Assembly (NCBI GenBank): GCA_050273025.1
Contig: CP158636.1
Coordinates: 4,278,001-4,342,000 of the forward strand
From: Cenococcum geophilum
Taxonomy: Eukaryota
Direction of reading: 5' to 3'
Length of the DNA stretch: 64,000 nucleotides
The stretch's first letter is position 1. Every line of letters starts with the position of its first letter. The notes beneath the pieces are model-generated. The model was given only the letters and a program-made list of their open reading frames with translations, was not told the origin of the DNA and searched no databases. Shown piece after piece: positions 40,401 to 54,345 of the stretch. A program made the position numbers and the translations under genes.

Positions 40401-40973
40401 GAGCTAAATCCTAGAAATAAGTTAAAAGAGAAATAGAGTTATAGGATTAAAGACCGCGTTCTAAAATGACGTCTTAGATTAGTATAGATGCGTTATTACT
40501 TAAAGTTAGGGGCCCGGCTGCTATAAGTTTCAGTCCTTTCCCTTTAGAGCCGCCCCTTACTTTGCCTTTAGTATTACTTTACTACTACCCTTAATAATTT
40601 ATTGGGAAATATAGTTATTTATTTAAGTTTTTGGTACCAACCTCTAAGTATAAAGTAATGTATTTCTCTATTATAGTGGCAGGTAAAGTAAAAGACGGTA
40701 TATTAAATGTCTGTAAAGAATACCCTTAGCTCTATATTACTAATCTGCATCTTTATTATCAATACTAAAAGCTATCTATAATTTAGATATAATTGATTTT
40801 AGAGGAAGATATAATTAAGGGGACTTATTAGTAAAAGGATTTAGTAGGGCTGATTTCCGGACCCTATTTATAAGGCATTAGTTCCTTACATTTAAGAGCT
40901 ATATAAGGTTATCTTTAAGGATAAATTCTATGCTAGAAATATATTAGATACTAAGCGCAAATGCTAGTAGAAT

Positions 40974-41320
40974 AATATTCCTAGAGCACTTCTTTTAGAG
41001 TATAGGTTATTTTAGAGCACGGGTTATTTTAGAGTACGGGTTATTCTAAAGCACGGGTTATTCTAGAGTACGGGTTATTTTAGAGTACGGGTTATTCTAA
41101 AGCACGGGTTATTCTAGAGTACGGGTTATTTTAGAGTACGGGTTATTTTAAAGTATGGGTTATTCTAAAGTATAGGTTATTCTAAAGTACGGGTTATTCT
41201 AGAGTACGGGTTATTTTAAAGTATGGCTTTAAATCCCCTACGGGATTTTAATAAATAGGGGAAAATATTCCTTACGCTTAAATTTGCCGTGCTCTAGAGT
41301 AAGCCGTGCTCCAAAATATT
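40974..41320. repeat. 17-bp tandem array TTATTCTAGAG(C/T)ACGGG (~14 copies) followed by two inverted copies
   Basis: Period 17 measured between successive GGG ends (41023, 41040, 41057); inverted units CCGTGCTCTAGAGTAAGCCGTGCTCC at ~41287-41312. Confidence 0.85.
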
Positions 41321-41487
41321 TTTGCTAAGGTTATTTATAGCTTAGCCTAATTTATTACGAAAATAAATAGACATTTATTCTTAATATAATTTTATATAAA
41401 TAAGATTTAATACACCCATTTTATAATAAATGTGAATTTTAAAGATAGAAAAATAATATAGGTAAATTGCTATAGACATTTTTATAA

Positions 41488-44400
41488 CTATTGGAGTCGT
41501 GTCTGCTTTCGCGTAGTATCTTTTAGGGAACTAAAACGTCTTTTTAAGGAAACCTCTACTATATAATAGCGAGAGCAAGCAACTAATCTAGGTATACTAT
41601 AATTAGGAACACCAAAAGGAGTATTAAGTTATTATTGCCGAATAAACTAGAATATGCTTTGCGGAAACCCACTAATTCTAATATAAATGTCTTTATTTAC
41701 TTTAAGGTACATTATAATAGTTTTAGAAGGGTGTCTTATATAAAACACCACTAGTTTCCTAAACCTTAGGCATAAGGTATAAACACCTTAAGCACCCTTA
41801 AAGGTCGCTAGGGTAACTAAATTAGTAACGAATTTTATTGCCGAAGGGAATATACAACTAATTATATCGGTAATTACGCTAATTTGATTTTGGTAATGAA
41901 TTGATCCCTTATATCTATAAAATCCTATATTAAATTTCAGGGCGCAATCTAGCTTTAAAAAAAAGATAAAGCCAAGAGTAATAGGACTAATCTTTAACGC
42001 TCTGCAGCTCCGTAAGGCTACATCTATACTATCTTCCGCAGCTTAGCTATAATTGAAGTATTATTAATGGCCATCGATTCCTCTAGCTTTACGTTAAAAC
42101 AAAAGTAGTTCGCTTTTAAATTGTCGTCTAAGTATACAGTAAGATCCCTCTATATTCTTTCGCCATTAAAAAAAGAAAGCTATAATTAATAGAGTCTTGG
42201 AATAAACCTATTATTAAAGATATGCCTAAAATGTAGAGCTTAAGGCGACTAGCTCTCTATAGTGCCAGTTCTAAAAAACAGGACTATATTAGCCCTATAG
42301 TCTTTAGACTAAATATAACAACTCTTACAAAGTCTAAGGCTTATTAGATTATTGTACTTTAATCCCCTATCTTAAAAGGCGCCGAATAATTTTAGTTCTA
42401 CAGCCCGGAATAACCTTATTAATTAATTAGCAGGCAGTAAAAGAGAAGATTAAAGGGCTTTAAATATATACACTGGGGCGGCAGAGGTAGCCCTAGCACT
42501 ATTTAGTAATTAGCGTAAGAAGCCTAGTTTATTAAAGGTTAACTTACGCTTACTAAATATACAGAATCTCTTTAATATCGTTCTCTTTTGGTTTAGTGTA
42601 CTTATAGCCTACTAGAAGCCTTAGTTATATTATTTACTTTACTAGCATTATTATTAGACAAACCACTCGTCTTCTCTACGGAAGGGTTATAATTAGAAAA
42701 TAAGAAAGGTACCGCGTCTAAGATATTGGTAGCTGTTATGGCTACCTTTATATCTAAGTAAGCCGAAGCTATCGGATCTATTAAGCGTCTTATTAGCCTA
42801 AAGATATTTTTAAAGTATTTTTTTAAAGCCGCAGTATTGTACTAACCGTCTAAAAGCTATATACGGAGATAACCGCGCAAACGCAAGAGGAATAACTTAG
42901 ATGTAGGCCTTTAGCTTTTAAAAAATTGCATAAGGGTTTAGTTAAATATTTCGCTATACCAGGTAATGTCTTATTTATAAAGAAATATAAGCAAGGCTTC
43001 TAGGCCGCCTATTTTTATAAGCGCCGTATTAGATAATAGATAGATTACTTACCGGAGCTTATGCTAATAACTATATTAAAGAAGTCCTAGATAACGTAGG
43101 ACCTAAGTAAATTTTAGGTTTATAAGAGGAACTCTAGAGGTATTACGCCTCTTATACTACCACCATTAATTCTAAGGATATGGATACCACAAGTAGGCGG
43201 CTTTAGCTTTGTAGTTAGAGAGCCTATAGATAAAACTACTTTATAAAGAATATAGGTATTAATAGTGTATTTATACTCTGCTCCTATTACTATATCGCCA
43301 AATATTTAAACGCAGATATCGTAAATAGTGTGGCCGCAATTAAGTATATATTAAGGAGTTCAAAAGTAACAGAATAGGCATATCTTATTTATTTTAATAT
43401 AGGCCTAATATAAACGAATATCTAGAGCTTAGGCTTTTGCAGAAGGCATATTTTACAATAATTTAAAAAGACTATAGATATGCTTTTCAGCTTAGCGGCT
43501 CTAATACTCTCCTATACTTTTGTTAAAGATTTCTAATAATATATAAATAAATACAGATCAATATAATAAACGGTAAATTTACCTTAGTGCAAAATCTAGT
43601 AAAATAGTTAGTTAAAAGAAATGGTATAAAGAAGGTGACTTTACTATATGCTTGTAGAGGATATATATCCATTAAAATACTTAATGTAACGAACTTAGTA
43701 ACATCTTTATAAAGGATCTTCCCCTCCCTCCCAAGCCTTATAACGGTTTTTATATAACTACTAAGATCCTCGCATATATAATACTTTCAAGTTACCTAAA
43801 TAATATTAAAGGGCTCTATGGCGGTTATGGCTATATATAGTAGCGCTGCCTAATAGAGCGCATTAAGGTAATGCGCAGTAAATAATCGGTATTTAAGCCG
43901 TAAATAATATCTAATCTCGTTAACTTATCTTAGTATTTCCTCCTTTAAAGGCCTATAGCCTGCCAGAGGAGATAGAGAGCCGTCTATCTCAAACGCGGCA
44001 ATTTATAAGAAAATCTTTATAGTATAAGCACTTATGCAAACGGCTTTAGCTTCCGTTATATTCTTTTATAAAGAAATAATAATTAAACTAGGGCTGGTCC
44101 TCAGGAGGACACCTATATAACTGCTAATATCAGCCCATTATTTAAAAAAGGCAGGAATTTATTTAATAGAATTAAAGTTATCAACAAATACGGTAAAAAC
44201 TATAATAAAAGGTAGTACGATACAAGCAAATATAGCATTAATAACCAACTATCCGCTAAAGGGCTGCCAAGCCACTACATAAGTGGTGCTCTTATAGCAG
44301 AACGTAGGCGCTAGGTAAGATAGAACAGCGCTAGTAAAATCGCCGTCCGTAAAGATAATTAGGTTATTATACGCTATTAAAGATATATCGATTCGGATAT

Positions 44401-44623
44401 TTAAGACTCCCTCAGAGCTATGCCTCTTAAAGTTGTTATATAGAAATAGCTGCCGCAAAGCAATGTTTTTACTCCTTCTACTTAGGAATAGAAGTAAACT
44501 CAGCGTCTATAAAGCAGGGTTTAGTAAGGCTTAAATAATATAGCCTAGCTAAGAAGTATTATTAATTATAAAGCTAGTGGATCCAGCCACTTATAGCCAC
44601 GTAGCGTGGTTTTTACAAGACAT
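41488..44623 (-). pseudogene. Patatin-like phospholipase with RING-like motif (Starship-associated PLP type), RIP-inactivated
   Basis: Start MSCKNHATWL at 44623; CLFCYF*TP*YILNCGHTIYDICV*IFG; LKPPTCGIHILRINGGSIRGVIPLEFL (DGGGxRG); FFNIVISISSG (GTSxG); ARATSAAP; F*DRGLKYNN (DGG); C-terminal ISGFPQSIF*FIRQ**LNTPFG. Confidence 0.92.
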
Positions 44624-44781
44624 AATTATTAAGTAAAAGAGAATTTGTTACTTTATTTAGTAAGTATATAAGAGTACTTAAATATAGCTAAGTTTAGGCG
44701 TTATACTCTTATAGGAATCTTCATATTAGCTTTATAACAGAATAGTTTTAATAATGTTAGTATTTAAGGCAAAAAAAGCTA

Positions 44782-44836
44782 TTTATAGAGAGAGAGAAGA
44801 TGCAAAGGCAACTAGGACCCTCTCTCTCTCTATAAA
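44782..44836. promoter_or_regulatory. 16-bp perfect inverted repeat (TTTATAGAGAGAGAGA, 23-bp spacer) between the divergent PLP and DUF3723 genes
   Basis: Arms at 44782-44797 and 44821-44836; each arm gives (TC)n-TATAAA facing outward toward one gene. Regulatory role is inferred only. Confidence 0.35.
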
Positions 44837-45259
44837 AACTATTTTGCATAAAGAAAGGAAGAGAGGCGTTTTTTCTATTTCTAAATAGGACAGGAATAGC
44901 TATAAAAAAGTAGCTAATAATAGCAGGATCCTTAAAAGGAGGTAACTTCTACTAGACTCCTAGTAGATAGATATTATAGAGCAAAAGAATAGAAATAAGC
45001 TACAAATAGGACATAGATAGGCGTTAGGATCTCTTAATTTCTTATAATCTTTTCTACTGTTTTTAAACCACCTATTAGTTGTTAGCAACCTAATATTTTA
45101 CTAGAGACTAGTAAACCCCTAGTCTAAAGGTATATGTTATTATACGTAGTATAATATAACGGATATAAAAAAATAAAAAAGCTATTTATATATTGTAATA
45201 AAAATAGAACAAACCTATTTTAACTAGAAAATGCTTTAATATACCTAAAAAGGCTAAAG

Positions 45260-47690
45260 TTAAAGGCAATAAATTCTAAGTTAGAGCGCGACTTATCTCT
45301 CTTTAACGAGAAATAGAGTTACTTTTATAGGGATATAAAGATCCGCTTATTGTTTCTAAAGTTTAAGGACTAGAAGGTTAAAGGAGCTTAGACCCTTAAT
45401 TAGGAAAACATTCTCCAACTTATTAACATCTTTAAAATAGAAGGCTGCTACCGCTTAGAGCCGGAACACTATATATTAGCTCTAATTAGTTAAGAGACCC
45501 TTAATAAAAGTCTGCGTAAGTCTAACTTAATATAAGTAGGTCTTTTAGACTATTAAAGCAAGCCGCTAGAACTACTGCTCGATAATGACTTTATAGTAGT
45601 TTACTTATATAGTCAACATCGCATTAAAGTAGGTAAAGCTTACCTTACCCTAAGGGAAAAGTAGTGGGTTATAAGGTTGTATCTTAATAGTAAGTTAACC
45701 TAAGGTATAGAATAACGTAATCTAAAATTAATCTATAAAGGCCTTCCATTAAGTTATATCTTAGAACTTTAAACGGAATATTTAAATAAACGCCTATTCT
45801 GCGACAGTAATATATTTTAACACCTTCGATATTTCTAGCGTCGCGTAGATCTTATATAAGAAAATAAATGGCTTTCCAGGCTTTCTAAAAGCAAAAAAAA
45901 GGATATTAAAAAACTGCTTAAAAAAATGCCGCGTCTCCGTAATGTATTTAATAACCTTCTTCTACTTATTAGGCTTTGGCCGGCACTTTAGCTAGGCACT
46001 TTATATTATATCCTTACTTTAAAATGCGACAAGGTAATTATAATAATTAAAGCCGGCTAAAATTTATGACTAACATTGTGCAGAAGCTCATTCACTATTT
46101 TAACTATATTTATAGTTTATAGTCATATATATTTAACAATAACAAAGCCCTTATACCTCTCTTAGATTCTTATATAGTTTTTCTTATTAAGCTTTTTATT
46201 CCCCAAGGTTCGTTACACAATAAATTAGAGATTGAAAATCTTATAAAGGATAGTCAACTCTTCCCAGCCGTTATTTCTTACTAAATACGAAGCGGAATCT
46301 TAAAGCGCCTAAAGAATTTCCTAGGACGAATTCCTTCTCTATATATATTTTTTAAGGACATAAAATATCTTAAACCATACTTTAAGGTGGTTAAAAGACT
46401 TCTGCTAAATAAATTTAAAGGCATAATATAGATAGCTATAGGACGAGCCTACCTGGGATCAAATTAAGGCTAAATAAGTATATAAACAGCAGAAAGCGTT
46501 TACACTACAGAAGAAAGTAATTTAAAGGAATTAAACTTTAGGCTCGGCTACCTGCAAATTTAGCTTTTTGCTATATAACACTTTCCTTACCTTACTGGTA
46601 TAACACCCCAAAAGGACCTCGGCAAGCCTAAACTAAAGGTCAAGCTATACAATATATTGTGGGAATAGCTGGGATTCCTTACACGAAGACTAGGCTTTAG
46701 CTTTAATAAAATCACTCGGTTAATATATGCAAATCATATAAAGAATATAGTAGAAGACTTCCTTAGTATAACTTACCTTGGAACTCTCTCTAAGCTTAAG
46801 CCGAGTCTTATACTTTAGCAAGTGCAGCGAATTTGTTAAATAATTAGAGATATACCAAGTTGCCATCCTTATACGAGTTTCCCATTTCTTATAAATAACT
46901 CCATTTATTAGCCAAAAATACACCAATATGGTTAATTGTTTAAACAATCCCATATTGCTAATAGGAAATATTTATTTATTAAAAATATGAATAGTTAGCA
47001 GCCTATTTAGGTAAAGCAACATACCTTAACGTTTTATATTAAGCGAGATATATTTTATACTTTTTTTAGGGTTCCCGATAAACCTTCGGAGCCGCTTATT
47101 TAAAGACTAAGTAGTAGGCCACCGGGCACTCTCTTAAACCCTAACTTAGAGCCTCCCTTAAGCTCTAACTTAGGAGCCTTAGGCCCTAGCATAGGGAACT
47201 CCTTAGGTCGTAACACGGAGAATATAATAAACCCCAAGTTAGAAGCTAGTTAAAGGCCAACTACTAACGTACCCTTAAGCGAGAACGACCCAATACTCTT
47301 ACCCAATAACTCTACGTTCTTAGAAATAATTTAAGAAAAGCTAATTATTCTATATCTTTATATAAATTGCAGGCTTTATATATTCTTAGCGTTATCTCTA
47401 AGATTTAAATCTACTTTAGTAGATTTAGCAAATACTGGATATAATTTTTTTATTACCAATAGAGAGCGTTTTAAGTAGATAGGTATAGAAGGTATAGGGA
47501 AGATAAAAAAAGGGTTAGTCTTTATAGGGGATACGAATAGGCCAGGGGGAAATACTTAGTCCTTAAATCCAATTCCCGACGAAATAGCCTATAAGATACG
47601 CCGAATCTCTTATTTTATTTAAAGTGGAGATAATATAAATACTTTACTGCGTCAATGGCCTTTTAACTAGATCCCTAAATAAATGTATAT
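45260..47690 (+). pseudogene. DUF3723 (PF12520) family protein, RIP-inactivated
   Basis: TLN*ENILQLINIFKIEGCYRLEPEHYILALI; VYLYSQHRIKVGKAYLTLREK*WVIRLY (CLHGxHRI...WWxVxLY); EYLNKRLFCDSNIF; FNNLLLLIRLWPAL*LGTLYYILTLKCDK; FIKRDIFYTFF. Confidence 0.9.
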
Positions 47691-47797
47691 ATTTTTAAAT
47701 ATCTTATATATAGTGTTAAAAGAGCTGTTTTAAATTTATATAATATTCTAATATTTATTTTATTTTAAGAATTCTTTTTTTAGAAGAAGTATATATA

Positions 47798-48181
47798 ACG
47801 TAAGGGATCGGGTTATAACGGTCGGCCTAGTTATAACGGTCGGCTACTACCGCCTTCCTAATTGGGCTTACTGCGAGAATGGTTTAGAACATTAAAATAC
47901 TGCCCTAGAGCTCCGTCAGAGCTCCGTGCAGAGCTCCGTGCACGTCTCCCCCTGAGCTTCGTTTGGCAGAGGTCTCGCAAAGCTCTACGGCGCAGACGCA
48001 GAGCTTGCAACTCTATTAGGGCCTCCACAACGGCCTGTAGAGGCGTGCAAGATAGATATATCGCATAACGTAGATGATAGGGTTATAACAGTTGGCATAG
48101 TTATAACGGTTCCTCTGTGCGCAGTTTTAATGTTCTAAACCGTTATAACCAGGCCAACCGTTATAACCCGATTCCTTACGT
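47798..48181. mobile_element. 384-bp non-autonomous pogo/Fot1-type (Tc1-mariner) MITE
   Basis: ~43-bp TIRs beginning ACGTAAGG(G/A)ATCGGGTTATAACGGT with internal 18-bp direct repeats; flanked by TA on both sides; no transposase; relatively GC-rich interior. Confidence 0.88.
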
Positions 48182-48619
48182 TATATATTATAGTAAAGCA
48201 TAATTTTTTAATAAAGAGAAAAATGTCTTTATAAAGACGGGTTACTAAATTCCTAGCATATAAAAAAAACGCTAAAATAATTAAACCTACCGCGAATGAG
48301 GATTAGGATTGGCCTAATACACTTATAAAACGAAAGTATATTTATAAGCGTAAGCGTATACCGTTCCATGTTCCGCTTAAAGTTAATAAAGATTTAGGGC
48401 TCTTCTTATTATTATCTACTGCCGATAGCAAAAAAACCGCTCCACCATTAAAGGAACTAGAGACCCTTATAGTCTTAGGAAGTCTATAAAACTACTACCA
48501 CAAATTGCTTAAAGAAGATCAGGTAGGACCTACGGTTATTACCTTTAAAATAGAGCTAACTTTCCCTATTATGGTTATTAAGACAAGAGTAATAAGTAAG
48601 ACAGTAAACGGTTTAGAAT

Positions 48620-48805
48620 TGTCGGGAATGAGGTAAGTTGCCGTCGCATGAAGCATATTGCCGTCACGTATCGACGTGGCCCTAGCGTGGTAAGGAACCT
48701 TAAGTTCCTCACCCCTTTCCTCATTCCTATTAAAAAGAATTAACTAATATCACTATAACCCTACTCGAGTAGTTGTTATTGGTGAGTCACCCTATATTTC
48801 TAATA
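48620..48805 (+). repeat. 5' LTR of copia element 2
   Basis: TGTCGGGAAT...TTTCTAATA (terminal CA mutated to TA); differs from the 3' LTR only by transitions. Confidence 0.95.
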
Positions 48806-49290
48806 CTGATTAGTGGTTGAATATACAGTCAACTATAGAGCAGCTAGGTTTTTAAATAGAAGAGATAGTCTTATATAGGGGTGCTATATGCGCTTATATG
48901 GAATGGATCTTAGCGATACTGTGCTACCTTAGACTTACGGAAAACTAGTAATAGAAGTGTTACTAAGTACTAGGAGATACTAAGTTGCGTTTATTACGCA
49001 GAATAACCACGTTTACGAAGATTTGGTTAAGTACTTTAGGTTAGAAGTGTTACTAAACCTATGGTCCTAAAATTAACGTCTAAAACGCGTTAAACAACTA
49101 CGCATACGAAGATTTGGTTGAGTACTTTAGGTTAAAAGTGTTACTGAACCTACGGTCCTAAAGTTAACGTCTAAAACGCGTTGACAACATCTCAATTGCC
49201 TACCTTTTAATAGCAAACCTACGAGATTCTATAAAGCCAAAAACCCTACCTATCTTTAACGTACGACACCCCGTTAATTTTATACCTACT

Positions 49291-52200
49291 ATGGCGTCAA
49301 CCTACCCAAAGAAGTATAAGAAAAGTATTAACCTGGAGACGTAGGATATAGATATTAACCCTATAAACGCCAAGGAACAGGACCTAAACGGATTCTTAGT
49401 ATACTGTATAGTATACTATACAGATAGCGAATATAATGATACTAAGCTATGGTGTTATATAAAGGAGGACTTTGTTAGATAAATAAAGGAAATATAGGCT
49501 CTCGCGAAGAAGGACGTTATATAAGACTTCTATAACTTTCTTTAAAAGAATAGAGTATTTGTCCCTATAGATAGGGGTGCCATTAAAAATAATATCTAGG
49601 AGTAAGTTATTAACGTAAAAGAAGAGCACAAATAGACTTTATAAGAGGTTAAGCACCAACTACGCACTAAGAGGAAGCTTAACTTATGATGGAATCTAAA
49701 TAATACGCCAATAGAGACGCGCTCTAATTCCATTGCTCTAGGTATAAGTTCTTATATTCCATATCTATCGCTTCTACCTCTATCTCTAGCTCCCCAGGAT
49801 CTACTAATTTAACTAGTAATATTAACTACTACCCCTTAAGAGCAAGCGCAAGATCCCCTTGCTTCGCGATTTAATAACCTTTAAACTCTACTATAGGAAG
49901 ATTAGGTACTACGCCGTGTTCTACTAAGCCCTATATTTCCACTATAGCCTATAAAGTAATCCCTACCTTAATCTCTAATGTAATTTTAACGTGGTCTAAT
50001 ACCACTCGGAGGTACTTTAAAAATGCTTATAGAGCTTACGAAGCTCTATACGGACTAGGAGAAGAAGTTTAGTAGGGAACTGTATAATATCCTTAATTTA
50101 AAGCTGCGTATCTTCTATAACTATTGCTAGAAGGTTGGACTAGAACCTAACTAATATCACAATACTTATTCCGTTATGCTTAAGGGCCGCGCTAGTACCT
50201 TCTATTATGATCATTTAGTAGGAAAAGGATATAATTTTAACCGAATAATATATAAGATAAGATGCCACTTTAAAATAGAAGAGAATAAGCAGCAATATAT
50301 ATTGGAGTGGAGAGAGACTACCTTTTTAAGAATTATTGCTACAAACCCAGGTGTCTCTCGGCTTAATTATCTTTAAAAGCTCTTTAATTAACTTTAGATA
50401 ATTTAGCGTAGTTTATCTAAATTATATTAAGAGGACCTTAGCCTACGCGATTAAGTCATTAGCGCATGCCGAGGTATTAAAGAATATAATCTTGCTCTTT
50501 TTAACCCTATAAGTACTTATAAAGGAGTATATACTTAATTAAGATCCTCTATTAGCACTACTCTACGCTCTTAAAAAGTATAGTAATTTAACGCCTAACT
50601 CTAACCTACCTTAATTAACCCGGCTGACTAACACGATTATAACTGGACTGATTAAACATATAGTAGACGTAGTAGGGGATACGGTAAAGGGTATGATTAA
50701 TGTCAACTATAAGGTAATTATAGAGGTCCTTATGGAGGTTTACTTTGGAGCAATTATTAGAAGAAGTGCTACGTTTATAAGAAGCCAAATTGCTAGTTAA
50801 CTAGATACCTCCTTAATAGACAAAAGGAGGTATATAATAGGTTTCGCCAGAGCGCATAAAACGTTAGAAATTAAGAGGTTACTATAGCCTACTTTTAAAA
50901 CTTTCTGGTTTAATATAAAGGTAAAGAAGATCTTAAGGGTAAGGTTAATAAGGCCGAATAGCTCCTTATAGATATAGAAATTAAGGACTACTCTCCTAAC
51001 TAATACTTTACCGAGTATAGTAAGGTAAATAGTATATAAACCGTTGCTATCCTTAATGACTAATCTACGCTCTATTCTATTATAAAGTTAGATATCTTTA
51101 ATAAGCTAAAGGAAAGTTCCGCGTTCTCCTTTAATAATAGATACTCGGCGAATATCTTCTATAGTATTATACTAGATACTAGAGCCGCAGGAGTATCTAT
51201 AGCAGGAGAGCCTTAAGTTTAAGCTCTTCAGCAGCTTAATAGCTCTGTTTAGATTAATTAATTAACAGTAGGCCAATATATAATTCGCTTTAGCAAGGGT
51301 ACTGCGATCTCTTTTAGTATAATTAAGGTCTAAACCCCATTAGGATATATTACTTTCTATATTATCTCCATAAATACCCCGTTCTTATTCTGCATCTAAA
51401 ATATAGATAAATTAAGTGTTAAGCTTAATAACCTTAAGAATATACTTATCTAGGGAGATAATCGGGTGCCCGTTGTACGTAAGTGGGGTTACCCTTAGTT
51501 GCTCCTTTAATAGCCAGAAAGGAGTATTGCTTAGAGCCACCTAACCGAGTTAGAGTTATGTTAACTATACCGTTATTTTAGCTACCTATCTGTTTACTAA
51601 TTGCTTAGGGTCCTTTAGCGAGCAGGTTATGAAGTTGAGGTTAAGGTAATTAAACATCTTATAAAGTACTGCTACTACTGCTAAATGAACCAGAAGTCCC
51701 CTGGCCGATTTAAGTTTACTCTTAAAGATAACTATAACTTTAACTTCTGCATTATTATAGATGTTATATATCTTAGCGGCAAGCTAGTACTCTAAGTTAT
51801 TAACTTCTTAACCTCCTTCTAAGCCGTACGCTTTTTAAAAGATATATCAGCTAGGAACGCATAGGATACTCTTTAATTATATTAGATTAATGTCTACCTA
51901 GGACCCCCTAATTAAACCATTTATAATATAAGAAAGAACTTCTTATCTATAGAGTTTTAATAACAGGTAAAGGCAATAACAATTAAGGTTAAGGAAGTCC
52001 CCATTAAGGCATATAATAGTATTAGAAAAGTAGAATAATATTATACGCTATTACGCCGCGTATATAAGATTATTTCTTTAGAACTAAAGGGTACTAGCGA
52101 AGAGCTTATCCTATAGATGGCTGTTAAGGCTATTAACAATACCGCTAGCCCAGATAGGCTCGTACCTACGTTGCTAGTCTTTAGCGCCTACCCTTAAATA

Positions 52201-54345
52201 ATTAATAATTCTTTACTATCTCCCTCTATTGCGTAATAAGTTAAGGCTATTTATAAGGTAATAAAGGAGGTACAATGTCTCTACGCCACGCGCTAGGTTA
52301 ATAACGCACTAGGAATAAGAAATGGCCTAAATACCTTAACTATACTTAATCTGCCACTTTAATCGGAGGTATACGTATGGCGTGAAAAGGGAGGATGGTT
52401 AGGCCTATATAAACTTATTATAATTAATAGTTAAACTTATACTCTTTAGATGCCCTATAGACCTACTTAATTCCACTTAACCGTTGTTAAGCCCTACTAT
52501 AGGGATAATAGCTCCAAGCCTTTATAGGATGCCCTAGAGGATACCCTAGAGGAGAATTATAATTAACATACTTTAGAAGGCGAAGGCGATTCTAATATAA
52601 TTATAGTAGACGTACCGTAACTATAACGCGGTAAAGGTTGCCTAAAGGGATTACGAAATTGCTAACATCTTATTAATTTTAAAGAGCAATTCGTTACCGC
52701 TATTAAGAATGGAGATAAACTATTAATGGCCTTTATAATAGCTAAAAAGAAGGCTAACTTTAAACTCGCAAAATAGCTCTAAAAGGAAGGCCGTATTATA
52801 ACTCCAGGAGCTCCTTTTTAAGTATCTAATAAGTAAGAGATCGACGGTCTTATTACAAGAGAAGTCTTTAAATTTAAGAAATACGACCCTACTAAGTTTG
52901 ATGGAGTCCGTATATTTAAGTTAAGAATAGTTAATAAGATTAAAGGTAAAGCTACTAATACCCTATTTAAGAAGTTAAGGCTAATTATTTAAGGTTATAA
53001 CGATAATGGTAAGGAAGTAATCCTTACGTAATCCCCTATAATTTAATAAGCTAGTTAACGAGTTATTATTACGCTAGCTCCCTCCTTAATAAAGAATAGG
53101 ATAGCGGTTTACCTATAAGATATTATTTAGGCCTACACCCAATTAGAGATGCGCCTTTAGCGCTTAATACTAGCATACCTTCCAGAGTAAATTCGCCACT
53201 AATATCCCGAGGATACGATTATGGTCGTACTTAAGCCATTATATAGAATTGTAGAGGTAGGAACTTATTAGTGGGCTACCTACAGCAAGCACCACAAGGA
53301 GAAGCTTTTAATAACTACTTCTATATTTAATCCCTGCTTCCTTATTATAACTACGGGAACTCTATTCGGAATCGTCGGTATATAAACAGATAATATAATT
53401 ATCTTAGGAGACGACTAATTCTTAGCTCTTAAAGAAGATAAGCTAGTAAAGGTAAATCTTATAGCAAAGCCAAAGGAAAGACTTAACTTAGTAACACTAT
53501 TACTCTTTAATGGATGTATCCTCTCCCTAAATAAGGGCTCCATTGCTCTACGCCAGAAGGGTTAAGGTAAGAAGATTAATGTTGTTAACGTTAATTCTCC
53601 AAAGTAAGGATATATGGAGTAACGCGCTTACGGAGCTTATATGGCTTCTATCTGTTAACCTAAGGCTTTCTTTAATCTCTCTATTACCGCTTAACACCAG
53701 GAACTAACTAAGGATAATATTCTTGCCCTAAATAAGCGTCTTTCCTAGCAAATGAACCATCTCGATAGGGGACTACTCTATATGCCTATTAACCTTCCTA
53801 CCGCCAAGCTCTTCGTATTCGTTAATGGATTATTTATAAATAATAAAGATTTTAGCTCCTAGCTAGGATATAAGATTATTATCGCGAACGAATCTACTAG
53901 AGAGAATAACTTTATAATTTACGGTAACCTTATTTATTAGAGCTTAACTAAAAGTAAGCGCGTTACTTAAAGTATTCTAGCGTCAGAGATATATGGAATA
54001 GTTGGCGGAGTTAATATAGTAATTGCAATTGGAACTACCCTTAAGATAATTATAGACCGGCTTAAACTTCCTGCTATCCCTATAATTATATACACCGACT
54101 TATATTCCCTCTATAAGTATTTAGTTAAGTTTAGTACTATAAAGGAGAAGCGTCTTATAATTAATATTATAGCACTTTAGCAGTCCTATAAGTGTTAAGA
54201 ACTCTTTAAGATCTAATGGATTAATGGCTAAAATAACCTAGTAGATATAATGACGAAGGCAAACCCAAATAAGGCACTAGAGACGTTTGTTAATATAAAT
54301 ACTCTACATATATAAGTTAAAGGTTAGGTTAAGAGGGAAATTTAG
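49291..54345 (+). pseudogene. copia-like gag-pol polyprotein relic
   Basis: ILLDTRAAGVSIAG (protease); KSPGRFKFTL, AYNSIRKVE*YY, KAINNTASPDRLVPTLLVFSAYP (integrase); LKPLYRIVEVGTY*W, *TDNII (RT); FVNGLFINNKDFSS*LGY, LASEIYG, TDLYSLY, KEKRLIINI (RNase H). Confidence 0.92.
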
